From a virus: a DNA stretch of 64,000 bases. Of this stretch, positions 38,557-48,036 are shown one piece after another. The stretch is taken from the IMG/VR virus record IMGVR_UViG_3300042520_001624, positions 7,485-71,484 of that record; one strand, written 5' to 3'. Under the pieces are notes generated by a model that saw only the letters and a program-made list of their open reading frames with translations, made no database searches and was not told where the DNA came from. How positions within the stretch are numbered: position 1 is the first letter of the stretch; every line of letters begins with the position of its first letter. The position numbers were made by a program, and so were the translations under genes.

Positions 38557-39238
38557 GCGTTTGTCCGAGGTCCTTGCCGGACTTACGGAGGCCCTGAACG
38601 CAGACATGCCCGCCGCTGTCGTGGACAAGGAGTCTTCGATCCTGCACAACGGTATTGCTCTGGGGTTTGATCTCGGACGTAATACCGTGGAGGATGTCCG
38701 GGCTCTGGCTTCGCATCTCTCGATTGATATTCCCGGATTGAAGCTTCCTTCCGGAAAAGAGTATCTTGAGAACTTTGCGACCAGCATCGGGACTGAGATC
38801 GCTATTCCTACAGGATTTTCTGTAGAGCAGCGACTTCTCACGGTCCCGCACGAGTGGGTACACGTCTACCAGCACAAGCGCGGTGTCGACGCAGGTTGGT
38901 GGCCCAACTCTGTGTCCCACTCTGTTTTGTACCTTTGCTCGTTCTCTACTAAGGATGCAGCCGAGTACCTCGGCAAGGTCGAGGCAGACGCCTACGCAAC
39001 CACAGAGTGCGTTCGGAAGTTCCTGTATGGTGGGGGACTTCGTCCCATCGTCAGTATCACCAAGAGTCTCCGGGACCACTACGCTCTTATGACCGAGGGC
39101 GCACAGGTTGCCGAGCAGGTACTGCTGACGCACTACAAGACCATGGATACCGGGGGCATTCCGAACGTGACGGGATGTCGCATCGCCATGGACTACTTGC
39201 ACAAGAACGCCAAGGACCTCCAGGGGTCTCTGGTCTGA
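38525..39238 (+). CDS. Putative zincin-like metalloprotein
   Basis: HEWVHVYQ followed by EADAY. Confidence 0.6.
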   Translation: MPPKKLALTSERLSEVLAGLTEALNADMPAAVVDKESSILHNGIALGFDLGRNTVEDVRALASHLSIDIPGLKLPSGKEYLENFATSIGTEIAIPTGFSVEQRLLTVPHEWVHVYQHKRGVDAGWWPNSVSHSVLYLCSFSTKDAAEYLGKVEADAYATTECVRKFLYGGGLRPIVSITKSLRDHYALMTEGAQVAEQVLLTHYKTMDTGGIPNVTGCRIAMDYLHKNAKDLQGSLV

Positions 39239-39255
39239 GCTAGGACGGAGCAAGC

Positions 39256-40164
39256 ATGGAAATCAAGCCCGGAATCGGCGTGACCTTTTACGGTCGTTTG
39301 CCCGCGATTTTGAACACAGATGTCGTAGAAGCTTGCGACATCGTCTGTCTGCATACAGCGCTAGACAGCACAGATCCCAAGACTGTAGAGCAGGTTCGGA
39401 AGATCAATCCTGATGCTCAGATCTGGATTGGCTTCCCTGCGAATTATCTGTCGAGGATGGATCTCTTCCAGAGTCGGAAGAAGGTAATTGCGGAGGTGGA
39501 TCGCATCGCTGCGGTCGCTTTGGATTGTGGTGCTGATGTTCTTGAGCCCAACGGAGAGGGCTCGTCGGATGGTAAGATTGTCGGGGACTGGGTTGGTCCC
39601 ATGGGAGATGCAGCGGAAGCTGCTCGTCTGGAGGAGCTAAGCAAGGCTGTCATGGAACGGTTCAAGGACCGTCTCCAAGGCAAGATGGCTCTGGGCTGGA
39701 CCTCGCACGATGGTACAGGTTTCCGCATTCCCCGAAACGTATTGAAGAATGCAGATCTGCACTCCCCGCAGCACTATCCTGCGTTTGGAAAGCACATGAT
39801 TTCGCAGCGGGAGCTGGATCGTCGCTTCCAGTGGTCTAAGGGCCAGTGGGAGGTGCTCGCGGCACGGGGCATCGTATCCCCTGATGTGTGCCCCTACGGG
39901 GCCAAGTGGAGCCCGTACCTGCAAGGGTGGGGGCACTCGGTGAACGCTCTAGTTTGGGGCCTCTGCGAGGCTCCTACGGCCCGCATGTGGGCCTGCCCGG
40001 GGAGCTGGTCCCCGGAAGCTCTGGAGGCTCTCAAGCTGGCTCGCAAGCTACGTGCGAAGCACGGGTACGGTCCGAATGCCATCGAGCGGTTCCAGGCTGC
40101 AAGCGGTCTGGATGACGATGGCATTGTCGGGAAGCTAACGCTTGCAGCTCTCAGAGCTTTGTGA
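39256..40164 (+). CDS. Putative endolysin (hydrolase domain plus C-terminal peptidoglycan-binding domain)
   Basis: C-terminal AIERFQAASGLDDDGIVGKLTLAAL matches PG_binding_1; last gene of the + strand arm. Confidence 0.7.
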   Translation: MEIKPGIGVTFYGRLPAILNTDVVEACDIVCLHTALDSTDPKTVEQVRKINPDAQIWIGFPANYLSRMDLFQSRKKVIAEVDRIAAVALDCGADVLEPNGEGSSDGKIVGDWVGPMGDAAEAARLEELSKAVMERFKDRLQGKMALGWTSHDGTGFRIPRNVLKNADLHSPQHYPAFGKHMISQRELDRRFQWSKGQWEVLAARGIVSPDVCPYGAKWSPYLQGWGHSVNALVWGLCEAPTARMWACPGSWSPEALEALKLARKLRAKHGYGPNAIERFQAASGLDDDGIVGKLTLAALRAL

Positions 40165-40738
40165 GCGTGCCCCACTGCTCCGCCATGGCGGCAGCAATCC
40201 CAGCATAGGTCTTAGACCGGAGCAGCCATCTGTCCGGACTAGGACCTAGTTTGTTCTGACCGCTGGGTGTCTGGTTGTCCCAGACACCTCGTGCAGGCAA
40301 AGGCAGCACGTTAGTAGGTCGAAGTCTGGGCAAGTTCTTCAGCCACAGACATGTCTTCTTGGATTCTGGATGTCCGTATTCGTATGGTTGGATAATCTGC
40401 TCTGGCTTGCGTATGCGAGAAGAGATCACGGAAACCGGATTCTCAACACAGATTCGGGGAACAGGGAGCTGCATCAGGGCGCGGACAAAATCAAGTGCAG
40501 CTTCTTGTTCTACTCGCTTGTCCTTGAACCAACGGGAGCCTGAAACTGCCAGATGCGTACAGGGTGGATGGCAGATTAGCAGGTCGTAGCCAGACCAATC
40601 AAAGGACAAGCAGTCTCTCTGCAAGTGCGGTCCAGGTACTGCAGTTGGGAGAAGATCGCAGGACACTGCTTCATGCCCCAGGGAGATGAAAGCGTCTCGG
40701 ACAGTTCCGGAGAACTCACAGAGTACGCCGACCTTCAT
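40151..40738 (-). CDS. Short DNA cytosine-C5 methyltransferase-like protein
   Basis: CEFSGTVRDAF, catalytic HPPCT, ENP and KKTCLW motifs. Confidence 0.8.
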   Translation of the reverse strand: MKVGVLCEFSGTVRDAFISLGHEAVSCDLLPTAVPGPHLQRDCLSFDWSGYDLLICHPPCTHLAVSGSRWFKDKRVEQEAALDFVRALMQLPVPRICVENPVSVISSRIRKPEQIIQPYEYGHPESKKTCLWLKNLPRLRPTNVLPLPARGVWDNQTPSGQNKLGPSPDRWLLRSKTYAGIAAAMAEQWGTLTKL

Positions 40739-40974
40739 CGCTTGAAGCTCTCCGCAAGCTGTAGGAATTTGTCTAAAGGACAGTCCTGAACATGGTGTCC
40801 GGGTGGGAAGCCACACACCCGGCACTCTGCTTTTGTCCAGCCGTCAGCATGGCTAGTTTCTGTCGCTAGAGCTTCTGCGATGTCGACCATTTGCCCAATG
40901 GCAGCTTCGACCTTCTCTACACGCAGTTTGAGTTTGGCGATCTCTGCGACCAGATCAGCAGTTGCTTTGTTCAT
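40735..40974 (-). CDS. Hypothetical coiled-coil / zinc protein
   Basis: Starts MNKATADL; CRVC...H...C; ATGA overlaps on both sides. Confidence 0.55.
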   Translation of the reverse strand: MNKATADLVAEIAKLKLRVEKVEAAIGQMVDIAEALATETSHADGWTKAECRVCGFPPGHHVQDCPLDKFLQLAESFKR

Positions 40975-41320
40975 AGCTTCTCCGAACAGACCAAGCGAAA
41001 TCCTGTCATTTCGTGCACTACGTCTTCGTGAAGGGCGCCACAAAAGCCGGAGCTAGGACGCGGAATCCGGGAGTACATTCCATCCCACCACGAAAAAGCT
41101 TTAGTGACTAGGAAGTCAGGCACAAGCGGAATCCTCTTCGTTTGTCTCGGCTTAGCTTTCCGGGGAGTGTTGCAGGAGTGAGCATGGACTTCAGCTGCAC
41201 AGCCGGTTCCAAAACAGCTTTGCCCATCTTGTGATACAGCTTCCAGTCGTAACACTTCCCTATGGTTCGCACGTGGAAAAGCCCCAGCATGCCTGGAGCT
41301 AGCTGAAGCGCGGCGCTCAC
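40971..41320 (-). CDS. GxRL microprotein locus 1 (2 ORFs)
   Basis: 41320-41108 ends GFRLCLTS; 41123-40971 MPDFLVTKAFSWWDG...GFRLVCSEKL. Confidence 0.65.
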
Positions 41321-41688
41321 TGCAGACTCGCAGAGTAGTCCGAGAAGGACTGGGGGCAGAGTAGTCCTACCCGAACTTCTTTGCTAATCGCCGCTAAGCT
41401 TTCTGGAGCCACAGCCGTAGCGGTCAGGTGCTCGTTGAAGTTACCTTCGTCTTGGGCTTCGACGAGAGTAACGTTTGGGAAGAAGCAGTAAACTCCTGTG
41501 AGGTTTACGCGTACTCCAGAAGCGTTGTACTCCTGTAGTGTTCCCCAGAGGGACTGTCCATCGGCAAACATGACCTTTACGGTGAGCTTGCGAGCCGGTC
41601 CAAGAACTGCTGGTCTAGCTGTTGGGACTCCCGCAGGAGTGCTTCTGCTCGTCTTCTTGATTGGGGATCTCTGTGCGCGGTTGGACAT
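41317..41688 (-). CDS. Hypothetical protein
   Basis: 123-aa ORF in the operon. Confidence 0.5.
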   Translation of the reverse strand: MSNRAQRSPIKKTSRSTPAGVPTARPAVLGPARKLTVKVMFADGQSLWGTLQEYNASGVRVNLTGVYCFFPNVTLVEAQDEGNFNEHLTATAVAPESLAAISKEVRVGLLCPQSFSDYSASLQ

Positions 41689-41692
41689 AGAC

Positions 41693-42568
41693 CTAACTCC
41701 CTGAGATGCAGGCTGTGGGCGTGATTACAAGACAGCGCAAGCTGATAGAAGGAACGCTCCCAGTATCCGGGATTGTCGACATTGAGACAGTGGATGCCGC
41801 AGCTAACGCAGACAACTGCGCCTTCTTCCGTGAGGAGCTTGCCCCGTTCTTGGCGGCAGCAGCTGCATGTCTGGCCTTCGTGTGCTGAGTCCAGAGCTCG
41901 AAGATCTCGTCCCATTCTTTGGCTTTCAGTCTGTACTTTCTGTACAGCTTGGGCAGCTTGTAGTGCCTACAGATGCGGTTGAGCGTGCACTTTGTCTTGC
42001 CCAAGCGCTTGCAAGCATCCTCGACAGTCTCACGAGCAAAGTAGGACTTGGCCCCTGCGATTATTTGATGCTCGTAGAACTTCAGAACACGCCCTACAGT
42101 TTTGGAAGACTGCAGACGAAAGTTGCCTTTGGCATTGGGGTCCGCTTGGACGGTCGTCGTTCCCCAATTCAGGGCTACGGGCTTTACTTCCTCTAGCTCC
42201 ATGATTTTCAGGAGCTGGCGACGTCCTACTCCGACTTTGTCTGCCGCTTCTGGAACGCTCAGGAGTGTCGCAAGCCGTGGTCCAAGCTTGAGAGAGCCTG
42301 CTTTCTTTCGGATGGATATGAACGTCCGTCCGGGAAGTGCATGAACCATCTCTCGGTAGCTTGCGTGGGGCCAAGCTGCCTTTAGTACGTCGAGCTCTTT
42401 TGGAGACCAGTGAGCGGTACGTACGTGTAGTCCCATCTGGTTGGACCTCCAGCGGACTGTTCCTGCGCTTCTCTGTAGTTTCTTTGCGCAGTACTCTATG
42501 CCCCGGCGCTTGTAGTTCTTCTTCAGGAACTCAAGTTCTTCCTTGGACCAAAGCTTTCCGTTCGCCAC
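41693..42568 (-). CDS. DNA-binding protein with tandem HTH (Myb/SANT-like) repeats
   Basis: WSKEELEFLKKNY and WSPKELDVLKAAW repeats plus an LSVPEAADKVGV HTH. Confidence 0.65.
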   Translation of the reverse strand: MANGKLWSKEELEFLKKNYKRRGIEYCAKKLQRSAGTVRWRSNQMGLHVRTAHWSPKELDVLKAAWPHASYREMVHALPGRTFISIRKKAGSLKLGPRLATLLSVPEAADKVGVGRRQLLKIMELEEVKPVALNWGTTTVQADPNAKGNFRLQSSKTVGRVLKFYEHQIIAGAKSYFARETVEDACKRLGKTKCTLNRICRHYKLPKLYRKYRLKAKEWDEIFELWTQHTKARHAAAAAKNGASSSRKKAQLSALAAASTVSMSTIPDTGSVPSISLRCLVITPTACISGS

Positions 42569-42572
42569 GTGT

Positions 42573-42785
42573 TCAGCTCTTGCTGGTTAGGAGTTTTTCG
42601 ATGCGGAGATTGGACTTGAGAATCTCGACAAGCAAATCTTCGCTGGACAGCCCGGAGCCGTTACAGGTTTCGCAGGTCTTTTGTACGGTTTCCCACTCTC
42701 CCGAAGTCTTTCGCTCGAATACGGTGTACTTGGAACCTCCGCACTCTCTGCAGAGGAAGTTGTCCCTGTCGAACTCTGTAGCCAT
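42573..42785 (-). CDS. Small zinc-finger protein
   Basis: CRECGG and CETCNGSG. Confidence 0.6.
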   Translation of the reverse strand: MATEFDRDNFLCRECGGSKYTVFERKTSGEWETVQKTCETCNGSGLSSEDLLVEILKSNLRIEKLLTSKS

Positions 42786-42786
42786 G

Positions 42787-43002
42787 TTAGATGCCTGTTT
42801 TGTACGGGGGATGGAGGGCTCCTGAGCGTGTTTCAGTCTCGGGAGTTTCTTCTACGGGGGTGCCATTGGCGTCTGTAGGTCCCGGCTGTATTGCAGCGGG
42901 CACGCTTGGCGTCTTGATGACTTTCTCAGAGAAATACTGATTCACCCGAAGAAAGAACTGTTCAAGTGTCTCTCTCGGTTTGCGGCTGTCGAAGATCGAC
43001 AT
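42787..43002 (-). CDS. Hypothetical protein
   Basis: 71 aa with GAGG RBS. Confidence 0.5.
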   Translation of the reverse strand: MSIFDSRKPRETLEQFFLRVNQYFSEKVIKTPSVPAAIQPGPTDANGTPVEETPETETRSGALHPPYKTGI

Positions 43003-43009
43003 GGCTACC

Positions 43010-43390
43010 TCAGTTGGCGAAGGTTCGGGAGGTATTGTTCAGACGGAAGGCAGCGAGGGGCTTTACCTGATACCGGCGCCCCCCGCTTTCGATCCACATG
43101 TCCCAAGAGTAGGTACCTGGAGCGATGTAGGCAGGGAGATTGATGTCGAGGTTTGCTCGACCCAGACGATCTCCCTGCGTGGTCGATATACTGTACAGAG
43201 GCGACATGTTGTAGTCGACTAGCCGGAAGGACAACGTGGTCCCGATCAAGCTAGCTTCCTGTCCGCTGTTCAGGAGGATTTGCACCTCCATGTTCATGCT
43301 CTCACCCTTGGGAAGGTCGAGAGTGTTCGCGGTTACAACCTCATTGTCGTCTTCGGCAATGTTCCAGACACCTACAATGTACTTGTACAT
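43010..43390 (-). CDS. Hypothetical beta-sandwich protein
   Basis: 126 aa; PGTYSWDMWI Ig-like strand. Confidence 0.5.
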   Translation of the reverse strand: MYKYIVGVWNIAEDDNEVVTANTLDLPKGESMNMEVQILLNSGQEASLIGTTLSFRLVDYNMSPLYSISTTQGDRLGRANLDINLPAYIAPGTYSWDMWIESGGRRYQVKPLAAFRLNNTSRTFAN

Positions 43391-43410
43391 CTCTTACTCT
43401 TTGTTTTGAG

Positions 43411-44184
43411 TTACTCAGTCTCCTCTTCTGTAGCACTCTCGGCGAGCTTTTCCAGAAGGTTAGGACCATTCTCAAACCAAACAGGCTCGACTTCTTCGAT
43501 CTTGAGACCCTCAGCTTCAAGAACCGAGCGGACTTCGGCATCTAGAATCGTGTCCTTGTGGGTCAGACCGAAGGTGGGATAGACCTCTTTCGTGTCCGGA
43601 TCTGTGTAGAGCAGGATCACGAGCTTGGTCGAGGGGGGCTTCTTCGCCTTGGGGGTCTTGCCGCCCCCTGCGCCTTCTTGCAGGTTGTCCTCGGGAAGCC
43701 CTGTAGGCTCCTCCAGAGAGGTCTGCAGAGCCTCCATGAACGCGGAAGAGATGGTCGCATGCTTCCGGATCTCATCGGCATCTGCGCCCGCATCCATGAG
43801 GTCCTGAATCATGGTTGCAAACTCCGCATCCACCACCTCGGCGCTCACGTTGAACGAGAGCATGCCCAGGTCTGCATCCGTCTTGGACAGCCCATCCGGG
43901 AGCAGGACAACGGGGATACGGTCCGCTCCACGAGACTCTAGTTCCTCAACGCGGTGATGGCCGTCTACGATTCCGTACGTGCCGTCTTCGTTGCGTACGA
44001 CAGTAATCAGGTCCTGAAACCCGAACTTGTCGACAGAAGCCTGCAGAGTCTCCTTCTGCTGGGCGTTCATCTTCCGGTAGTTCTTACGCCGGATTGCCAG
44101 CTTGGACATCGGCACTGTACCGACAGTGACCTGATTGATTCCTGCATCTAGCGTTACGAACTTCTCTTTGGCTTCTTTGCTCAT
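43411..44184 (-). CDS. ParB/Srx N-terminal domain protein
   Basis: NYRKM...SVDKFGF...IVDGHHR motif. Confidence 0.8.
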   Translation of the reverse strand: MSKEAKEKFVTLDAGINQVTVGTVPMSKLAIRRKNYRKMNAQQKETLQASVDKFGFQDLITVVRNEDGTYGIVDGHHRVEELESRGADRIPVVLLPDGLSKTDADLGMLSFNVSAEVVDAEFATMIQDLMDAGADADEIRKHATISSAFMEALQTSLEEPTGLPEDNLQEGAGGGKTPKAKKPPSTKLVILLYTDPDTKEVYPTFGLTHKDTILDAEVRSVLEAEGLKIEEVEPVWFENGPNLLEKLAESATEEETE

Positions 44185-44471
44185 GTTTCCTCAGTAGCGA
44201 GTTGGTACTTGGCCCCGCCGTTACGGCGGGGACCGCAGTGTACCTTAGTCCCCGGCTTGTTGTGGCTGGGAATGTAGAACCAGTACGTCTTGTGGGTCGG
44301 TCCGCGTTTAACTTTGCGGGTTCCGACTATGTGCTTGTTGCACAGCGGACAGACCAACTCTGTCAGTTCGGGAGCTCGCTGGGGAGCTTTTGGTTTGAGA
44401 GCTGTGGGTTTTCTTGGCCGCGTGCATAGCCAAACACTGCGCATGAAAGCAGAAACTTCGGGCGTTTCCAC
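44181..44471 (-). CDS. Hypothetical zinc-binding protein
   Basis: CPLC...H...C; start position uncertain. Confidence 0.45.
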   Translation of the reverse strand: METPEVSAFMRSVWLCTRPRKPTALKPKAPQRAPELTELVCPLCNKHIVGTRKVKRGPTHKTYWFYIPSHNKPGTKVHCGPRRNGGAKYQLATEET

Positions 44472-44473
44472 GA

Positions 44474-44824
44474 CTACTCCCAGGCCAGGATGTACGAAAC
44501 TCGAATTAGGAGTCTCGCTTTGTTGTCTTCGGAGAAGGGCTGGGAGTTGGCCCAGTCCATGAACTTGCCGGGATCCTTGCACATGATGCGGGGGATCTTG
44601 TAGCGGTCTTTGGAGGAGTAGTAGACCTCGCAGAAGCTTCCAAGGTCTGGATGTCTGCCCGCGACTACTTCCCAGCGTTTGTAAGTTACGCCTTCTTGCA
44701 GCTCTTTCAGGAGCATTACAAGATCGAACTCTACAGTTGCAATGTCTGAATCTCGCTCCCTTGGGGCAAGGGGTGTGCTGCATGGCTCACGAGAATCACC
44801 TGACGTGTCTGTCCGATCTGGCAC
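44474..44824 (-). CDS. Hypothetical protein
   Basis: ORF overlaps the end of sbcC; true start uncertain. Confidence 0.4.
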   Translation of the reverse strand: MPDRTDTSGDSREPCSTPLAPRERDSDIATVEFDLVMLLKELQEGVTYKRWEVVAGRHPDLGSFCEVYYSSKDRYKIPRIMCKDPGKFMDWANSQPFSEDNKARLLIRVSYILAWE

Positions 44825-46269
44825 GCTAGCAATAGGAGCGCATCTACCCCGTCGCTGTCAAGCGTGTCCAGCGCTTCGTCGATGATCATGGGCGTGTTCG
44901 GGGTGATGTTCCCCGAGTTGGCAGCTACCTGCGACATGGCCAGGAGCAAGCAGATGTCGATGCGGCGCTGCTCTCCGGAAGAACAGTCGGAGTAGCTGGT
45001 CGCTCCTGTTCCAGAGACCAGAATCTCCAACTTGCCTTTCTCCAAGACCATTTCGATGGAGTGCTTGGCCTCGATCAGTTGCAGGTACTGGTTTGCAAGA
45101 CTCCCAATCCTAACTGCGTAGTCGAGCATGTACTGAACGCGAGCACGTTCTACAGCTTGCTTGGCGAGTTTTAGGACCTCCAAGCTATTGGACAGTACTT
45201 CGTACTCTTTGTCGTGCTCTGTTAGTTTCTCCGCTGCTTCGATGTAAGCAACAGCGTCCATGTACAGGCTTTCCTCGTGCTGATTGAGAGCATACTCGGA
45301 GGTCTGAGCTACTTCGTACTTGGCTATTGCTGTTTGAAGTTCAGAGTCTGCAATGGATTTAGCATTGCGGTCTAGGTGCAGTCTGCGTTGCAATGTTGAG
45401 AGCTGGTCTTGGATAGCATCCCGCTCTTTGGTAACTGTTGTAAGCGTTGCACGTAGCTGCTCCCGAACCGGATGGGGCTTTGCTTGTCCACAAACAAAAC
45501 AGGTGTCTGCTTCCGGACAGTTTCTGTAAGCTGTCTGGGCTTCCTCCAGTGCTCGACTATTTTGAAAAGCTTCTAGGAGTTTTCCCGCTTCGCAGAGCTC
45601 GTTGGTTGTCGCTTGCACAAGTGCTGCGTGCTGCTGTACGTGTTGCTGGCAGAGCTTTACGGTAGCCTCTGCCGCAAGGACGTTAGGACCTCCGGGAAGC
45701 ACCCTGTGACGCCGCTGGCGGTCACTGAACGCTTGGTACGCCCGTGAGGCCGCCCAGTTCAACGGCTGCCCCGCATTGGCTTTCTGCGTGCTCTGAACGT
45801 GGAGCGTTTGCAGCTGGCCGGACAGGTTCTCGATGACCTTCCGGAAAAGGACAGCATCAATGACCTGCTCAAGATGCTGCCATTTCTCAGAAGGACTACT
45901 AGAAGTAAACTTTCCTACAGTCTTGCCTGTGATGTACAGGGTTCGGACCCAAGCCTCGTACGTCCCAAAGTCTGCTTCTATCTGCGGAGCAATGCGAGTC
46001 TTGTTGCTGTTCTTGATGCCGCCATAGTCCACCAGCTCCGACGGTTTTGTCCGTCGGTAGATAGCCCCCTTAGATGTCAGTAGTCGAACGGAACTAGACT
46101 CTGTAAGGGTTCGGAGTTTCTTTCCCCACAGAGCCCAGATAATGGACTGGACAAGAGATGTCTTGCCGGATCCGTTCGCTCCACAGATAAGGGTTACTCC
46201 CTTTGCGTTGAGGTGGAACTTCTTGTTCTTGTGAACGAGAAACTCTCCTATGGCGACATTAGAAATCAT
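44731..46269 (-). CDS. sbcC: SbcC/Rad50 (T4 gp46-like) ATPase
   Basis: Walker A GANGSGKT, zinc hook CFVCGQ, signature SSGE, Walker B IIDEALD and VSH motif. Confidence 0.9.
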   Translation of the reverse strand: MISNVAIGEFLVHKNKKFHLNAKGVTLICGANGSGKTSLVQSIIWALWGKKLRTLTESSSVRLLTSKGAIYRRTKPSELVDYGGIKNSNKTRIAPQIEADFGTYEAWVRTLYITGKTVGKFTSSSPSEKWQHLEQVIDAVLFRKVIENLSGQLQTLHVQSTQKANAGQPLNWAASRAYQAFSDRQRRHRVLPGGPNVLAAEATVKLCQQHVQQHAALVQATTNELCEAGKLLEAFQNSRALEEAQTAYRNCPEADTCFVCGQAKPHPVREQLRATLTTVTKERDAIQDQLSTLQRRLHLDRNAKSIADSELQTAIAKYEVAQTSEYALNQHEESLYMDAVAYIEAAEKLTEHDKEYEVLSNSLEVLKLAKQAVERARVQYMLDYAVRIGSLANQYLQLIEAKHSIEMVLEKGKLEILVSGTGATSYSDCSSGEQRRIDICLLLAMSQVAANSGNITPNTPMIIDEALDTLDSDGVDALLLLACQIGQTRQVILVSHAAHPLPQGSEIQTLQL

Positions 46270-46562
46270 CCGGCCTGCTCTCGGAGTTCTTTGGTTCTGT
46301 CTGCGATGTAGTGCCGACTCGCCAGGACCACGAGCAACGAAGCTACCTTCTCCTTGAGGGAGAAGTCTCCGTACTCTCGACCAGAAGCCAGAGCAGCCTC
46401 TGCAGTCGCCCGGTTGTCTTTGTAGATGATAGAACCTTTCAGGTCTGGCGTAGCCTCCAGAGTGGCTCGAATCTCCCCTGTCGTTAGCTTGCTGATGTCC
46501 AGTTCTTCCGGCTTTACGGAGCTGTAGGTTACGTCGTACTTACCCAGAAATAGATCGCTCAT
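46266..46562 (-). CDS. Hypothetical protein
   Basis: 98 aa between sbcD and sbcC with overlapping start and stop codons. Confidence 0.55.
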   Translation of the reverse strand: MSDLFLGKYDVTYSSVKPEELDISKLTTGEIRATLEATPDLKGSIIYKDNRATAEAALASGREYGDFSLKEKVASLLVVLASRHYIADRTKELREQAG

Positions 46563-47614
46563 CGGGACTCCTGTATGGCTTTGTTGATGGTCTCTGCAAG
46601 ATCTGTCTGCTTGTCTGTCTCAACCTGAGAAGCAGCAGTCCAGATGTAGGATTCAGGATCTTCGCATCCGGCTACGGGATTGGTCATCTCGTACTCGCCT
46701 TCAGCATACGCTTGGTGGACTTGGTATCCGGACAGAAGCCCGGAGGATACCAGATCTTTCGCGTGCTCTTCTTGGTGCTGCTCTACCCGAGCGTACACCG
46801 AGAAGTCGGAGAGGTACTTCAGATCTGCCATCCACGTAACAAACTTGTCTGGACTGCCTGTGATTGACAGTGGCAGCCCTCGCAAGTCCAGGAACTTGGG
46901 AGTCAGGGCGGAGGGAATGCTTACACGTCCGTCTGTTGTAAAGACGCGTAGAGGCTTGTCTACGTCCGAGAAGTTCAGGGGGAGTAGAGATCCGCAGGAA
47001 ACTCCCCAAGAGGTTGTCGTTGTAGAGTCGTGCTCGTGTCCAAAGAACGCTTTGACAGTTCCACGATTGAACATGCCGATAAGCTTGCTCATGTCTGCGG
47101 CTGTAACACAGTCCGGACGGGGACTTGTGTCTACAAAACCGTAGTGAACTGCTAGATTGCAGCGCCCTTGGGCGGACAGTTGCTCCAGAACTTTCAAAGC
47201 TTCCATGGCATTTGGTCCGGAGTAGGGAACCATTAGCCAACGCTCTCCGCGGATCTGTGCAAACTGGGCTGTGTCGCAGATACAGACATTACCCGCATGG
47301 TTCATGGGAGCCAATGCGCTAGGAGCGTCATAAGACGCGATGTCATGGTTCCCTGCGATGATGTGCCACTCGACTCCGGTGGCAGCGATCATATCCAGAG
47401 ATGCGTTTAGAATCTGGGGGGATGGCTTGGGACCATCGAAGAAGTCCCCCAGCTGTACGATGTGCGTAACACCGTAGTGGAGCTTTGCGTACTCAACAAT
47501 CTGATAAACAGACTGGAGAATGTCTCGGCACCTGCGATTGAGACCGGCGACTACTGGACCCCCAAACTGTTTGTGGTTCCAGACATGGAGGTCGCCCAAC
47601 ACCAGGGTTGTCAT
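46559..47614 (-). CDS. sbcD: SbcD/Mre11 (T4 gp47-like) metallophosphoesterase nuclease
   Basis: GDLH, GDFFD, GNHD and GHEH motifs. Confidence 0.9.
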   Translation of the reverse strand: MTTLVLGDLHVWNHKQFGGPVVAGLNRRCRDILQSVYQIVEYAKLHYGVTHIVQLGDFFDGPKPSPQILNASLDMIAATGVEWHIIAGNHDIASYDAPSALAPMNHAGNVCICDTAQFAQIRGERWLMVPYSGPNAMEALKVLEQLSAQGRCNLAVHYGFVDTSPRPDCVTAADMSKLIGMFNRGTVKAFFGHEHDSTTTTSWGVSCGSLLPLNFSDVDKPLRVFTTDGRVSIPSALTPKFLDLRGLPLSITGSPDKFVTWMADLKYLSDFSVYARVEQHQEEHAKDLVSSGLLSGYQVHQAYAEGEYEMTNPVAGCEDPESYIWTAASQVETDKQTDLAETINKAIQESR

Positions 47615-47930
47615 GTGGTTACGCTCAGCCGCAGTCCAAGCCAGTCAAACTTGTAGTAGTCGCTTCCGGTTTGTTTGGTGTGGCGGTCTCTGTAAGAACG
47701 TACTTCTTCCCAAGAGTAAACGTAGCCTAGCGCTAGTTTTTGTCTGTTGTTTGAGTAGCTACGCACAGTCTTACACCGTTTCGTTCGTAGATTTTTCCAG
47801 CTGTCATTAGGTCGGGAAGACGGCAGTCCATTTGCCTTGCCCACATGAAATGAAAACCGTAACTTACTAGAGCGTGTTTTGCTCTCGGAGGTCGCGGCGT
47901 ACTGTTCCGCAGAAACGCTGGAAGTGGCAT
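47611..47930 (-). CDS. GxRL microprotein locus 2 (2 ORFs)
   Basis: 47930-47733 contains GVRLCVAT; 47766-47611 ...VYSWEE...LGLRLSVTT. Confidence 0.65.
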
Positions 47931-47932
47931 AG

Positions 47933-48006
47933 TCCCCACGCCCGGACTCGAACCGGGACATATCTACTTTTGACGTAGACGCCGCTGCCAATTGGGCTAC
48001 GTGGGG
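47933..48006 (-). tRNA. tRNA with CAA anticodon (Leu), short variable loop, CCA not encoded
   Basis: Acceptor CCCCACG/CGTGGGG with A73; D arm TAGCCCAATTGGCAGCGGC; anticodon arm TCTAC-GTCAAAA-GTAGA; T arm CCCGG-TTCGAGT-CCGGG. Confidence 0.85.
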
Positions 48007-48010
48007 AAGC

Positions 48011-48030
48011 GGGGCGGCGAAAGCCGCCCC
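48011..48030. other. Perfect GC-rich hairpin between the SSB gene and the tRNA
   Basis: GGGGCGGC-GAAA-GCCGCCCC with no U-tract. Confidence 0.6.
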
Positions 48031-48036
48031 TGTATC

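Noticed and set aside
44181-44471. Additional GxRL microprotein at SVWLCTR
   Set aside because: The motif lacks the Arg and lies at the N-terminus of a longer zinc-binding ORF.
47960-47980. Opal suppressor (TCA) reading of the tRNA, or genetic code reassignment
   Set aside because: The 5-bp stem centres CAA in the 7-nt loop, and TAA, TAG and TGA all terminate well-supported genes.
48011-48030. Rho-independent terminator after the SSB gene
   Set aside because: The hairpin lacks a U-tract on either strand; kept only as a hairpin.
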